In this document: positions 1-10,104 of the stretch, one piece after another
How the letters are laid out: each line of letters opens with the position of its first letter
How positions within the stretch are numbered: position 1 is the first letter of the stretch
Assembly (NCBI GenBank): GCA_963756555.1
Contig: CAVWOC010000013.1
Span: 59,194-123,193 of the forward strand
Direction: 5' to 3'
Length of the DNA stretch: 64,000 nucleotides
Source: an uncultured Actinomycetes bacterium
GTDB lineage: Bacteria > Actinomycetota > Thermoleophilia > Solirubrobacterales > Solirubrobacteraceae
The notes under the pieces: model-generated
Seen by the model: the letters and a program-made list of their open reading frames with translations, nothing else
Databases searched by the model: none
What the model was told of the DNA's origin: nothing
Position numbers and translations under genes: made by a program

Positions 1-1
1 G

Positions 2-208
2 GCGGCCGGCGACGCGTTCTGCGGGGCGCTCGTTGTCTCGCTGCTGTCAGACTCAGAGCGCCAGGACGCGCTCGCCCGGGCCTGTGCCGCGGGCGCGCTC
101 GCCGCCTCGCGCGCCGGCGCCCAGCCGTCGCTACCCACGGCGGAGGAGCTGGACTCGCTGCTGGCTCGAGGCCGCACCGCCGACGCCGACGCCGGCGCCG
201 CGATGTGA
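2..208 (+). CDS. rbsK: Ribokinase (PfkB family), C-terminal part; gene begins before the window
   Basis: Frame 2 reads AAGDAFCGALVV...AASRAGAQPSLPTAEEL, with the PfkB GDAF motif and the ribokinase GAQPSLP motif. Stop overlaps the GTG of the nucleoside hydrolase (GTGA). Confidence 0.8.
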   Translation, partial: AAGDAFCGALVVSLLSDSERQDALARACAAGALAASRAGAQPSLPTAEELDSLLARGRTADADAGAAM

Positions 209-1131
209 GCCGGGTAATCCTGGACTGCGACCCGGGCCATGACGACGCGATCGCGCTGCTGCTGGCGCTCGGCAGCCCGGTGGAGATCGAGCTTCAGGGC
301 GTGACCACCGTGGCCGGCAACCAGACGCTCGAGCGCACAACGGCGAACGCCATCCGCGTGCTCGACCACGTGGGTAGAGACGATGTGCCCGTGGCGGCAG
401 GGGCGCCGCGGCCGCTGGTGCGGGCCGCCGAGCTCGCGACCAGCGTCCACGGCGAAACGGGGCTCGACGGACCGGAGCTGCCGCCGCCCTCGCGGGAGCC
501 GCTCCGCGAGCACGCGGTCGAGTGGATGGCCGGCGTGGTGGCCGCGGCCCGGCCGCCGGTGACACTCGTCGCCACTGGCCCGCTGACAAACGTGGCGCTG
601 CTTCTGGCCCGTTATCCAGAGTCCGAGCAGAGGCTCGAGTGCATCGTCCTGATGGGCGGCGCGATCGGCGAGGGAAACGTCACTCCCGCCGCGGAGTCCA
701 ACATGTGGTGGGACCCGGAGGCGGCGGCGCGCGTGTTTCAGAGCCCTGTGGGGAAAGTGATGGTGGGCCTCGACGTCACCTACCGCGCGCTGATGAGAGA
801 CGAGCACGCTGAGCGCCTGGCTGCCGCCGGGCGCGCGGGACGGCTCGTGGCCGACCTCTACGACTTCTATTCACGTTCTCACCGGCGCCGGGGGCGCGAT
901 GGCGCCCCGATCCACGACGCTTGCGCCATGGCCTACCTGATCGATCCCACGCTGCTCCAGACGGTGGAGTGCGGCGTCATGGTGGACACCGGGGGCGAGC
1001 TCTCGCGCGGTCGCACCAACGTGGACCGCCGGGGCCACATGGGCTGGAGGCCAAACTGCCGCGTGGGCGTCGACATCGACGCGGAGCGGTTTCTTGAGCT
1101 GCTCGTGGAGCGGATCGGTCGGCTCGGTTGA
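205..1131 (+). CDS. Inosine/uridine-preferring nucleoside hydrolase
   Basis: N-terminal ILDCDPGHDDAIA (DxDxxxDD), TGPLTNVA, IHDACA; follows ribokinase. Confidence 0.93.
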   Translation: MSRVILDCDPGHDDAIALLLALGSPVEIELQGVTTVAGNQTLERTTANAIRVLDHVGRDDVPVAAGAPRPLVRAAELATSVHGETGLDGPELPPPSREPLREHAVEWMAGVVAAARPPVTLVATGPLTNVALLLARYPESEQRLECIVLMGGAIGEGNVTPAAESNMWWDPEAAARVFQSPVGKVMVGLDVTYRALMRDEHAERLAAAGRAGRLVADLYDFYSRSHRRRGRDGAPIHDACAMAYLIDPTLLQTVECGVMVDTGGELSRGRTNVDRRGHMGWRPNCRVGVDIDAERFLELLVERIGRLG

Positions 1132-1134
1132 CTG

Positions 1135-3111
1135 CTAGAGCGCCGCGGCGAGGTCCTCTGGGCTTGTCACCGGCGCTTGGCAGACGAAGTGCTCGCAGAC
1201 ATATGCGGCGGCCTGTCCGTTGACCGGCTCGCGCCCCGCGAGCAGCGGCACTCGCTCGGGGCTGCCGGTGGCCAATGGCTCGCCCGCGGCCACCACAACG
1301 TGCGGACGGAAGCTCGAGCGCACGGTGCGCACCAGCGGTTCCGGATCGGGGCCCACGATCGCCACTTCGCGCACCGGCGCCAGATAGAAGTCGACCGCGG
1401 CCAGCAGGTGGCCGAAGGCCTGAGGGTGCCGCGCGGCGATTGGCGCGAGCAGCCTGAGGACGCCGAGCGCATGACGCTCGTACTTGCCGTCGCCCGAGAG
1501 CAGAGCCAGCCGCAGCATCGCGAACGCGGCAGCCGAGTTGCCGGAGGGAACGGGTGAATCCTCGAGATCCTTGCGCCGCGTGGGTAGCTGTTGGTGGTCG
1601 GAGGCGGTGGTGAAGAAGCCGCCGCGCTCCGAGTCCTCGAATCGGGCGATGATCGTGTCGGCTAGGGCCACGGCCTCCTCGTACCAGCGGACCTCGAACG
1701 TGGCCTGATAGAGCGCCATCAACCCCTCGAGCAGAAACGCGTGGTCTTCGAGGTAGGCGCCCAGCCGTCCGCTGCCGTTCTTCCAGGTCCGCAGCAAGCG
1801 ACCCTCGGGATCCCTGAGCTGCTCAGTCAGGAAGGTCGCGCAGGCGGTGGCGGCCTCCCGGTAGTCAGGGCGCTCCAGTGCGGCGCCGGCGTCTGCCAGC
1901 GCAGCGATCATCAGCGCGTTCCATGCCGTGAGGCGCTTGTCGTCAAGCCCGGGCCGCACCCGCTCCGAACGGGCGCCGTAGAGCTTGCAGCGGATCTCGG
2001 GCAGGCGCTCTGGCGCCGGCGAGCGGGCCTCCAGCACGTTCGTTGCCTGTTCGAAGTTCCCACGCTCGCTGGCGCCGAAGTAGGCGATCGCCTCCTCGGC
2101 CAGACCGGGGTCGCCGAGCGCATCTCTGAGCTCGGCGGACGTCCAGACGTAGAACTTGCCCTCTACCCCTTCGGAGTCTGCGTCGAGCGCGGCGTAGAAG
2201 CCGCCCTCGGGCCCGCGCATCTCGCGAAGGGCCCAATCGAGCGTCTCGCAGCAGACCTCCCTCAGCCGCTGCTCGCCCGACACCTGCCATCCGTGCAGAT
2301 AGGCCCGTGCCAGCAAGGCGTTGTCGTAGAGCATCTTCTCGAAGTGGGGCACGGTCCACGTGGCGTCCACCGAGTAGCGCGCGAAGCCGCCGCCGACCTG
2401 GTCGTAGATGCCGCCGCTGGCCATTGCCCTCAGCGTCTCCAGCGCCATCTCGCGCTCGCCACGGGCCAGCAGCAGGTCGATGGTCGAGGCCTGTGGGAAC
2501 TTCGGTGCCTTGCCCCAGCCGCCGTTGCGGTGATCGTACGCGCCTTTGAGGGCCTCGACGGCATCGATCAGCAGCGTTTCCCGAATCGGTTCGGCCGAGG
2601 GCTCGAGCCGGGCGGTGGCCCCGAGCGAGCGCTGGATCTGCTGGCCCTGGCGCCGGACGTCCTCGCGGCGCCGATTCCAGGCGTCGGCCACCGCGTCCAG
2701 CACCATCCGCCAGCTGGGCATGCCGTGGCGCGGCTCGGGCGGGAAATATGTGCCGGCGTAGAACGGCTGCTGCTCGGGCGTTAGGAAGGCATTCAGCGGC
2801 CAGCCTCCGCGGCCGGTCATCGCCTGGCAGGCCTCCATGCACAGCGCGTCCACGTCCGGACGCTCCTCACGGTCGACCTTGATGCAGATGAAACATTCGT
2901 TCATCAGCTTCGCGGTCTCGGGGTCCTCGAACGATTCGTGCGCCATCACGTGGCACCAATGGCACGCCGAGTAGCCGATCGACACCAGCAGCGCGCGGTC
3001 CTCGCGCTGAGCGCGCTCCAGGGCCTCCTCCCCCCACGGGTACCAGTCGACCGGGTTGTCCCTGTGCTGCAGCAGGTATGGCGAGCTTTCCCCCGCCAGG
3101 CGATTGGACAT
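1135..3111 (-). CDS. Thioredoxin-domain protein YyaL/SSP411 (DUF255 plus alpha/alpha-barrel)
   Basis: [58 protein letters not shown]. Confidence 0.93.
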   Translation of the reverse strand: MSNRLAGESSPYLLQHRDNPVDWYPWGEEALERAQREDRALLVSIGYSACHWCHVMAHESFEDPETAKLMNECFICIKVDREERPDVDALCMEACQAMTGRGGWPLNAFLTPEQQPFYAGTYFPPEPRHGMPSWRMVLDAVADAWNRRREDVRRQGQQIQRSLGATARLEPSAEPIRETLLIDAVEALKGAYDHRNGGWGKAPKFPQASTIDLLLARGEREMALETLRAMASGGIYDQVGGGFARYSVDATWTVPHFEKMLYDNALLARAYLHGWQVSGEQRLREVCCETLDWALREMRGPEGGFYAALDADSEGVEGKFYVWTSAELRDALGDPGLAEEAIAYFGASERGNFEQATNVLEARSPAPERLPEIRCKLYGARSERVRPGLDDKRLTAWNALMIAALADAGAALERPDYREAATACATFLTEQLRDPEGRLLRTWKNGSGRLGAYLEDHAFLLEGLMALYQATFEVRWYEEAVALADTIIARFEDSERGGFFTTASDHQQLPTRRKDLEDSPVPSGNSAAAFAMLRLALLSGDGKYERHALGVLRLLAPIAARHPQAFGHLLAAVDFYLAPVREVAIVGPDPEPLVRTVRSSFRPHVVVAAGEPLATGSPERVPLLAGREPVNGQAAAYVCEHFVCQAPVTSPEDLAAAL

Positions 3112-3167
3112 GGCGTTGACGGTACCCAGCGGTGCAATTTATGACTCGGGGCACTAGGGTGTCGCGC

Positions 3168-3557
3168 GTGCCAGAGTCCGTTACCGCCTCCGACGCCCCT
3201 GCCGCCATCGGTCCCTACGTCCACGCCGTCAAGGCGGCGGGGTTGCTGTTCTGCTCCGGACAGATTCCGCTCGATCCGCGAACCGGGGAGCTCAACAGCG
3301 CGAGTCCGGCCGAGCAGGCCGGCCGGTGTCTGGAGAACCTCTCCGCGGTTTGCAACGCGGGCGGGACGACTCTCGGCAACGCCGTCAGGGTTACGATCTA
3401 CCTGACCGACATGTCGTCCTTCGCCGCTGTCAATGAGGTCTACGGCTCGTTCTTTGAGTCCGACCCCCCGGCGCGGGTGACCGTCGGCGTGGCGACCCTA
3501 CCTCGCGGAGCGAAGGTCGAGATCGACGCGGTGGTGGCGCTGGGGACGGGCCCCTAG
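3168..3557 (+). CDS. ridA: RidA/YjgF family reactive-intermediate deaminase
   Basis: APAAIGPY, SGQIPLDP, FAAVNEVY, PPARVTVGV..LPRGAKVEIDAV. GTG at 3168 lies 7 nt after a TAGGGT box. Confidence 0.9.
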   Translation: MPESVTASDAPAAIGPYVHAVKAAGLLFCSGQIPLDPRTGELNSASPAEQAGRCLENLSAVCNAGGTTLGNAVRVTIYLTDMSSFAAVNEVYGSFFESDPPARVTVGVATLPRGAKVEIDAVVALGTGP

Positions 3558-3570
3558 GAGACTGAGTGCG

Positions 3571-4812
3571 GTGTCGGCGCACCCCGCCACCGAGAGTTCC
3601 GGCCCCTCCGAAGACGACATACACCGCGCCGCGGCGGCCGGCGAGAACCTTGTGCGCGAGACGCCGGTGCTGAGCTCGCGAACGCTGAGCGAGCTGGCGG
3701 GCGCCACGATCGCGATGAAGGCCGAGAACCTGCAGCGCACGGGCTCGTTCAAGCTAAGGGGTGCGCTGGCGAAGATCGCAGCGCTTGGCGATGGCTACGC
3801 GGCGGGGGTCGTTACAGCCAGCGCCGGCAACCATGGACAGGCCCTGGCCTACGCGGCCGAGGCCCTCGGCGTTCCGTGCGAGGTCTACATGCCCGAGAGC
3901 GCTTCGATCTCGAAGGTGGATGCAACCGTCGCCAGCGGCGCGAGGGTCGATCTCGTGGGCGCGACGGTGGAGGAATCGCTCGCCGCGGCGCGCGAGCGCG
4001 CGGCGGGCGGCGGGCTGGCGTTCGTGCACCCATTCGACGATCGCGACGTGATCGCAGGTCAGGGCGGCATCGGCTTGGAGCTGCTGGGCCAGGTGCCGGA
4101 CGTCGCTCGGGTGATAGTCCCCGTCGGCGGGGGAGGGTTGATCGCGGGTGTGGCGATCGCGCTCAAGTCCGCTCACCCCGAGATCGAGGTCGTGGGCGTC
4201 CAAGCCGAGAGCTGCGCTCCGTTTGCGGCGTCGATCGACGCCGGCTCGCCGGTGGAAGTGGAGGGCGCGCAGACGATCGCCGACGGTATCGCGGTCAAGC
4301 GGCCCGGCGAGCTGACGCTGCGCCTGATCCGGGAGTGGGTCGATGGGATGGTGACCGTGACCGAGGACGAGGTCGCCGAGGCGATGGTGTTCCTGCTCGA
4401 GCGGGCGAAGCTGGTAGTGGAAGGCGCGGGCGCGGTCAGCGTCGCGGCGCTGCTTGCCGGACGGACATCGGGCACTGCCGAGGGGACGACCGTCGTGATC
4501 CTGTCCGGTGGCAACGTCGATGCCGGCGTGCTGGCTCACGTCGTGCGCCACCACGAGAGCCACGCGGGGCGCCGCTGGGTGCTGCTGGCCCGCGTTCCCG
4601 ACCGGCCGGGATCGCTAGCCCGCTTGCTGTCGCTCGTCGGAGGCTGCGGCGCCAACCTGCTCGACGTGCAGCACATCCGCGAGGGCATCGAGCTTCACGT
4701 CCGAGAGAGCGCCGTGCAGCTGGTGCTCGAGACACGCGGATCCGAGCACGCCGCCCAGGTGGAGCGGGCGGTTCGGGAAGCGGGCTACGCCGAGCCGCGA
4801 GTGACCCGGTAG
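3571..4812 (+). CDS. ilvA: Threonine ammonia-lyase (PLP) with one C-terminal ACT domain
   Basis: KAENLQRTGSFKLRGA, SAGNHGQ, PVGGGGL, SGGNVD, C-terminal PDRPGSL ACT motif. Confidence 0.92.
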   Translation: MSAHPATESSGPSEDDIHRAAAAGENLVRETPVLSSRTLSELAGATIAMKAENLQRTGSFKLRGALAKIAALGDGYAAGVVTASAGNHGQALAYAAEALGVPCEVYMPESASISKVDATVASGARVDLVGATVEESLAAARERAAGGGLAFVHPFDDRDVIAGQGGIGLELLGQVPDVARVIVPVGGGGLIAGVAIALKSAHPEIEVVGVQAESCAPFAASIDAGSPVEVEGAQTIADGIAVKRPGELTLRLIREWVDGMVTVTEDEVAEAMVFLLERAKLVVEGAGAVSVAALLAGRTSGTAEGTTVVILSGGNVDAGVLAHVVRHHESHAGRRWVLLARVPDRPGSLARLLSLVGGCGANLLDVQHIREGIELHVRESAVQLVLETRGSEHAAQVERAVREAGYAEPRVTR

Positions 4813-5612
4813 GGAGCCGTGCCGCGGCCAGCGCGGCCAGCGCGGCCGTCGCGAGCTGACGCGGGCTCTTGCGGGACAACCGTGTTGCGGCGCTCTCGCG
4901 CGGCCTGGACCAGCGCGCCAATCACCCGACTTCGCTGATCGGCCTCCGGGTGCCACTGAACGCCCAGACAGAACGCCGGCCCGGCTGATTCGATCGCCTC
5001 GGGCACATCGTCGAGCACCGAGACGCCCGTGACCCGAAGCCCGTCGCCGATCGTGGCCAGTCCCTGATGGTGATGCGACTTGGTGTTGTGAAGCTCTTCT
5101 CCCGCCGCGCGGGCCGCCAGCGACCCCGGCTGGAGCCGGACCTCGTGATCTGAGTCCTCGAAGCTTCCAGGGTTGGGACGGTGGCGTTCGTGTCCCACCT
5201 CGTCCGGGAGATGCTGACGCAGCGTGCCGCCGAACGCGACATTGACCAGTTGCATGCCACGGCAGATGCCAAGAACCGGCAGTCCCCGCTGGGCGGCTCG
5301 GCGAGCGAGCGCGAGCTCGCTGCGGTCCCGCGCGGGAACGGCGCCTCTTGTCTGAGGGTGCGGTTCGGCGCCGTACGAATCAGGAACGATGTCGGCGCCG
5401 CCGGTCAGGATCAGCCCGTCGAGCAGGTCGAGCACCACATCCGGGTCTGACTCGAGATGGGGATCGGGCGGGATCATCAACACAAGGCCGCCGGCGCCCT
5501 GGATCGAGTCGATGTAGGGCTCACCGAGCAGCGCCGCCCGCTGCTCCCAGACTTCCCAGCGGGCGTCGACGAGCTCCGTGCAGACGCCGATCACGGGCGG
5601 AGGATCGATCAT
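4785..5612 (-). CDS. Gamma-glutamyl-gamma-aminobutyrate hydrolase family (peptidase C26, PuuD-like)
   Basis: LILTGGADI, LGICRGMQ (catalytic Cys), SHHHQG, GVQWHPE. ATG at 5612 overlaps the upstream stop (ATGA). Confidence 0.9.
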   Translation of the reverse strand: MIDPPPVIGVCTELVDARWEVWEQRAALLGEPYIDSIQGAGGLVLMIPPDPHLESDPDVVLDLLDGLILTGGADIVPDSYGAEPHPQTRGAVPARDRSELALARRAAQRGLPVLGICRGMQLVNVAFGGTLRQHLPDEVGHERHRPNPGSFEDSDHEVRLQPGSLAARAAGEELHNTKSHHHQGLATIGDGLRVTGVSVLDDVPEAIESAGPAFCLGVQWHPEADQRSRVIGALVQAARERRNTVVPQEPASARDGRAGRAGRGTAPYRVTRGSA

Positions 5613-6328
5613 CCGCCGATGATCGTCATGATCTCGTCCTCGTCCCAGCTCCCGGCCGCGCCGGAGCAGCCCGCGAGGTAGGCCGCGATCTGGTTGCCGT
5701 TCCAGGCGCCCGCTTCGAGCAGCCCGGCTGCGATGTTCTCGAGGTAGGCCGCCGCGGGCTTGGCGGGGGTGATCTCCTCGTGCGACCACGGCGCGGTAAA
5801 CGTCAGCGCCGGATAGCCGTCGAGCGAACCGACGCACACGATCGTTTCGTAGCGGCCGGGACCGACCTGAGTCCGCCCACGGTCAAGCCAGTCGGCGAGC
5901 TCGAGATCTTCGGCGGGCGCGCGGTACATCTCCTGGGCCAGGATGTCCGAGAACTGTCCGGTGCTGATCAAATGGCCGCGCGCCCAGGCCGTCCCCCCGG
6001 CATCGGGATCGAAGAAGGCGCGGCCGCCGGTCCACACGGCTGACTCGAGCGCGAAGTAGAGCTTGCCGTCCAGCTCGACCGGGACCGACCGCTTGGGTTC
6101 GCGACCATCGCGGCACCCGGGAAACGTCTTCGCGCCGTTCGGCGGTTGGCCGCCGGTCAGGTAGTAGCGCAGGCGCGTCCTGCGCATGTTCGATCCGTAG
6201 GCGATATACCAGACGAGCCCGTCGCCCGGAGCGGCGCCGCTCCATGGCTCGGGGCGCCGCGCGGCAATCAGACCTGTGTCGGAGGTGAGTCCCACCAGCG
6301 AATCTGAGAGTACCCGCTGTTCCTTCAA
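5609..6328 (-). CDS. Gamma-glutamylcyclotransferase-like protein (actinobacterial family often labelled 'histone deacetylase')
   Basis: VWYIAYGSNM (GGCT/AIG2-like YGSN loop), LYFALES..WTGG.AF, PSAAY-like KPAAAYL. TTG start overlaps the upstream stop (TTGA). Confidence 0.65.
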   Translation of the reverse strand: MKEQRVLSDSLVGLTSDTGLIAARRPEPWSGAAPGDGLVWYIAYGSNMRRTRLRYYLTGGQPPNGAKTFPGCRDGREPKRSVPVELDGKLYFALESAVWTGGRAFFDPDAGGTAWARGHLISTGQFSDILAQEMYRAPAEDLELADWLDRGRTQVGPGRYETIVCVGSLDGYPALTFTAPWSHEEITPAKPAAAYLENIAAGLLEAGAWNGNQIAAYLAGCSGAAGSWDEDEIMTIIGG

Positions 6329-7783
6329 GGCCCGGCGGGTGGAGCGGCGGTCCGAAGAAGCGCCCGCTGCACCTTGCCGCTCGCGGTCTTGGGCAGCTCC
6401 GGAGCGAACTCCACGATCCGCGGGTACTTGTAAGGCGCCGTCTCGCGCTTGGCGTGCTCCTGCAGCGTTTCGGCCAACCCGTCGCTGGGGGCGAAACCGT
6501 CGCGCAGGACGATCACCGCTCGCACCACCGCGCCCCGCTCCTCGTCGGGAGCGGCAACTACGGCTGCCTCAGCCACCGCCGGGTGCGACACCAGCGCCGA
6601 CTCGACCTCAAACGGTCCGATGCGGTAGCCGGCGGAGATGATCACGTCGTCGGTGCGCCCCTCGAAGAACAGGTAGCCGTCCTCGTCCTGGCGCACACGG
6701 TCCCCCGTCAGCCACGGCTCATCGACCGGTGCCCCCTCACCGCCGAGGTAGGCAACGAAGAACGTGGGGTCGGTCCTAGGGTCTGAGAGGACCAGCTCTC
6801 CGTCTTCGACGGTGAGCGCCACCCCGGGGAGGGGTAGGCCCATCGACCCCGGCTTCACCGGCACGCCGACCGGATTACCGGTCAGCTGGCCGGTTTCCGT
6901 TTGCCCGTAGCCGTCGCGGATCTCGCGACCGGTGGCTTCGCGGAACGCGCGGATGACCTCAGGATTCAGCGCCTCCCCCGCGGCCACCAGCTCGCGCAGG
7001 GCGGGCAGGCGGGGGATGTCGGCGCGCTTGGCGATTACCCGGTACTCCGTGGGCGCCATGCACAGCACCTCCACCCGCTCGTCGGCCAGGATGCGCAACC
7101 GCTCGTGAGGGTCGAAGCGCGCGTCGTGCAGCAGCGCTGCGGCGCCCCTCAGCCAGGGGGCGATGAACGCATTGCGGGCCGATTTCGACCAGCCCGACGC
7201 CGCTGTGCACCACACCAACAGGTCCTCGCGGGCCCCGAGCCAGTGCTCGGACTGCAGCTGCTGGCCCGGTAGGTAGCGCTGGCCGTGGACGACGCCCCGC
7301 GGCTCGCCGGTCGTCCCGCTGGTGAACGTGATCAGACAGGGGTCTGCCGGGGTCGAGCTCCACGGGCGGAGCGGGTGGCGCTTCGTAGAGCTTGTGGTCG
7401 GGAATCGTCAGGACCGCGCATTGGGGCGAAGCCTGCTCTAGCTCACCGCCGTTGCGCTCGTCAGCGACTACCAGCTTGGGGTGGGCCGCGCTCAGCCTGA
7501 CGCGCAGGTCGCGGGCGCGGAGCTGCTCGTTGCACGGCAGCGCCACCGCGCCGATGCGAAAGCAGGCCACCATCGTCAGCACCCACTCCGGCCGGCTGCC
7601 GATCAGCGTCATCACCACGTCGCCGCGCCCCGCCCCCTCAGCCGCCAGGCGGCCGGCCAGCCGCGCGCTGCGCTCGGCCACCTCGCCGAACGACCACTCC
7701 CTGCGCCGGCCGTCGCGGGTGAGCTCGACCAGTGCCAGCCGTCCGGGGGGCGCTGCGTCGACGACGTCTCGCGCGAAGTTCAT
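6325..7783 (-). pseudogene. AMP-dependent acyl-CoA synthetase interrupted by a single +1 frameshift near 7349-7352 (pseudogene or sequencing error)
   Basis: N-part MNFARDVV...ELDP is in one frame. Removing one C from GACCCCGGC gives DPADPCLITFTSGTTGEPRGVVH (ANL P-loop), continuing to DGYGQTETG, TGDR, YRIGPFEVES, LPKTASGK. Confidence 0.85.
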
Positions 7784-7813
7784 TGCTGCGCGAGTCTGCC
7801 AGGATCGGGGCCC

Positions 7814-8191
7814 GTGACCCTCTGGAACGGCGTCCTGTGGCTGCACCTGCTGGCGATGGCGTTTTTCGTCGGCGGTCAGCTGATGCTGGCGGCAATCGTC
7901 GTACCGGTGCTGAGGGGAGTGGGCGACCGCGCGCCGCTGCGGGCCGCCGCGCGCCGCTTCGGCATCGGCACGTTGGCCGCCGTGCTCGTGCTGGTTGCGT
8001 CCGGCGTTGCGATGGCCTCGCACTACCACCGCTGGAGCGACTCGACGCTTCAGGTCAAGCTGGGCTTGGTGGTCCTGGTGGTGGTGCTGATCGGCCTGCA
8101 CATGCGCCGGCCGGAGTGGCACGTCTTGGACGCCGCCGTCTTCGCGGTCTCGCTGGCGATCGTCTGGCTGGGGATCGTGGTGGCGAGGTAG
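7814..8191 (+). CDS. Small four-TM membrane protein, CopD-like
   Basis: WLHLLAMAFFVGG, ..SG.AM, LQVKLGLV; four hydrophobic segments. Confidence 0.6.
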   Translation: MTLWNGVLWLHLLAMAFFVGGQLMLAAIVVPVLRGVGDRAPLRAAARRFGIGTLAAVLVLVASGVAMASHYHRWSDSTLQVKLGLVVLVVVLIGLHMRRPEWHVLDAAVFAVSLAIVWLGIVVAR

Positions 8192-8250
8192 AGGTTGTCC
8201 GGGCTCGGAGTCCCGCCCGGGCCCCGGACGCGCGTTGCTAGGGTCAGCGC

Positions 8251-9102
8251 ATGGGACTGATGTACGGCACGGGGCCTCTGGGCAAGAACCCAGCCGGCAG
8301 CTTCAACTTCGACCCGCCGCCGCCGGGGCGGGCCCTTTACCTGGAGCCGACGCCCAAGCGGATCCGCGTCCAGATCGCGGGCGAGACGATCGCCGACAGT
8401 CGCCACGCGATGCTGCTACATGAGTCCGGCCTTCAGCCGATCTACTACTTCCCGCCGGGAGACGTCCGCGCCGACGTGCTCGAGCGGAGCGACAAGCACA
8501 CCCGATGCCCGAAGAAGGGCGAGGCCTCCTACTACTCGGTCCGCGTCGGCGACCGCGTCGTCAAGGAAGCCGCCTGGTACTACCCGGACCCGCTTGAGGA
8601 CGCTCCGCCCCTGCTGAAGGACGCGATCGCGTTCTACTTCGATCGCGTCGATCGGTGGCTGGAGGAAGACGAGGAGATCGGAGTGCACCCACGGGATCCC
8701 TACCACCGAATCGACGTGCTGCACACCGGCCGCCAGATTCGCGTCTCGCTGGACCGGCAGCTGCTGGCCGAGACCGAGCGCGCGGTAGCGCTGTTCGAGA
8801 GCGGCCTCCCGACGCGCTGGTACATGCCCCGCGAGGACGTCGTGGCCGAGCTCGAGCCGAGCGACACCGTCACCCGCTGCCCGTACAAGGGCAGCGCGGC
8901 CTACTACTCGGTGAACGGCAACGAGGACCTGGTCTGGTACTACGCGGACCCGCTGCCGGAGGTCGGGAAGATCAAGGACCTGCTCTGCTTCTTCAACGAG
9001 AAGGTCGACATCGAGCTCGACGGCGAGGGGCAGGAGCGGCCCGATACAGCCTGGAGCAAAGGCCACGGCGCGCGGCCCCGGCCCGAGCCGGCTCGCCACT
9101 GA
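8251..9102 (+). CDS. Tandem DUF427 domain protein
   Basis: Two copies of the T.CP.KG.A.YYSV...AW.Y..P motif. Confidence 0.88.
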   Translation: MGLMYGTGPLGKNPAGSFNFDPPPPGRALYLEPTPKRIRVQIAGETIADSRHAMLLHESGLQPIYYFPPGDVRADVLERSDKHTRCPKKGEASYYSVRVGDRVVKEAAWYYPDPLEDAPPLLKDAIAFYFDRVDRWLEEDEEIGVHPRDPYHRIDVLHTGRQIRVSLDRQLLAETERAVALFESGLPTRWYMPREDVVAELEPSDTVTRCPYKGSAAYYSVNGNEDLVWYYADPLPEVGKIKDLLCFFNEKVDIELDGEGQERPDTAWSKGHGARPRPEPARH

Positions 9103-9108
9103 CGCCAG

Positions 9109-10038
9109 TCAAGCAGTGCGCTGGCGGCACCACTCAAGGATCTCTTGCAGCCTTGCCGCCTCTTTGGCCGGCCGTCCGTGCATCCGTTGCCACGTCAGGC
9201 GGACGGTGTTGTGAGCAGCGGCCAGCGTGTCAGCGTCGCGGTCCCTGTCTCGTTCGAATGACTCGCGCGTGGAATGGAAGGTCCAACCGTCGAGCTCCAC
9301 GATCAGCTTCGCGTCCGGGAACAACGCGTCGACTTCGTGGCCGGCTACTCGGGCGTTCATGATCGGCTCCGGCAGTCCATAGCGGCGGCAGAAGGCTGGG
9401 AAGGCGCGCTCCCAGTCCGAGCGCGTCGCGCCACCCCGCACATCGACGAACGGTTTCAGGCGGCTCACACCAGGGTGGTAGGGGAAACGCTCCACGACGT
9501 CAGAGAGGTCTTGCAGGCGTACCAACCGCTTAAGCCGTGCGTCGTTGACCGCGCGGGCCAGCCTGTTGTGGTTCAGCCCCGGCGCGCAATCCAGCAGCGC
9601 CCGCGCTGGACTCGTCGTGCGAATGCCCTGATGGGTACGGACATCGCGGCGCATGAGTCCTTGCGCGCGGTGGGTGATGATGCCACTCGGGCGTCGGTCT
9701 TTCGCCACGATGACATGGGATCGTTCCGGCCATCGGCCCAGGCCCCACAGCGCCAGCGCCGACCAGTGGCTCAGCGCGGCTCCTTCGCCGCACGCCAGAA
9801 CGGCGGCACTGGCGTGCTCCAGCATGGTCCGGGGTGAGCAGCCGACCGCGTACACGCCCGTGTGGACGGGATAAAGGCGGCCGATCCGGACCCGGTGGAT
9901 AATCCCGCCGCTGCTCACCCCGAGTGCGAGCAGTTGCTGACGAGTGACGTTGCGATGCGCCCGGCCGGCCAGCGCCGCGATTCTCGCGTCAATGGACTGT
10001 TTGGGGATTTTGTGAGCTGGGCGGTGGTTATCCCGCAT
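9109..10038 (-). CDS. AbiEi-like N-terminal domain plus DUF559 (Vsr-like PD-(D/E)xK) protein
   Basis: VTRQQLLALG, RLYPVH.GVYAVG, ALSHWSA.ALWG, TTSPARALLD, HEVDALF....LIVELDG..FH, DRDRD. Confidence 0.85.
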   Translation of the reverse strand: MRDNHRPAHKIPKQSIDARIAALAGRAHRNVTRQQLLALGVSSGGIIHRVRIGRLYPVHTGVYAVGCSPRTMLEHASAAVLACGEGAALSHWSALALWGLGRWPERSHVIVAKDRRPSGIITHRAQGLMRRDVRTHQGIRTTSPARALLDCAPGLNHNRLARAVNDARLKRLVRLQDLSDVVERFPYHPGVSRLKPFVDVRGGATRSDWERAFPAFCRRYGLPEPIMNARVAGHEVDALFPDAKLIVELDGWTFHSTRESFERDRDRDADTLAAAHNTVRLTWQRMHGRPAKEAARLQEILEWCRQRTA

Positions 10039-10104
10039 AACCCTAAAAGCCCCGGTCGGGTCGTGGTCGCCCCCGCCCCGCGCACATTTGACAAAGTTGT
10101 CGCT

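Noticed and set aside
4822-4848. GCGCGGCCA-like 9-bp unit repeated about three times
   Set aside because: Low-complexity GC repeat in the overlapping 3' ends of two genes, with no evidence of function.
5609-6328. Histone deacetylase label for this family
   Set aside because: No HDAC HH or DxH metal motifs; the YGSN loop fits a GGCT-like fold.
10090-10101. GACAA-AG-TTGTC palindrome before the acyl-CoA dehydrogenase
   Set aside because: Only 5-bp arms and no second copy seen; could be chance or promoter sequence.
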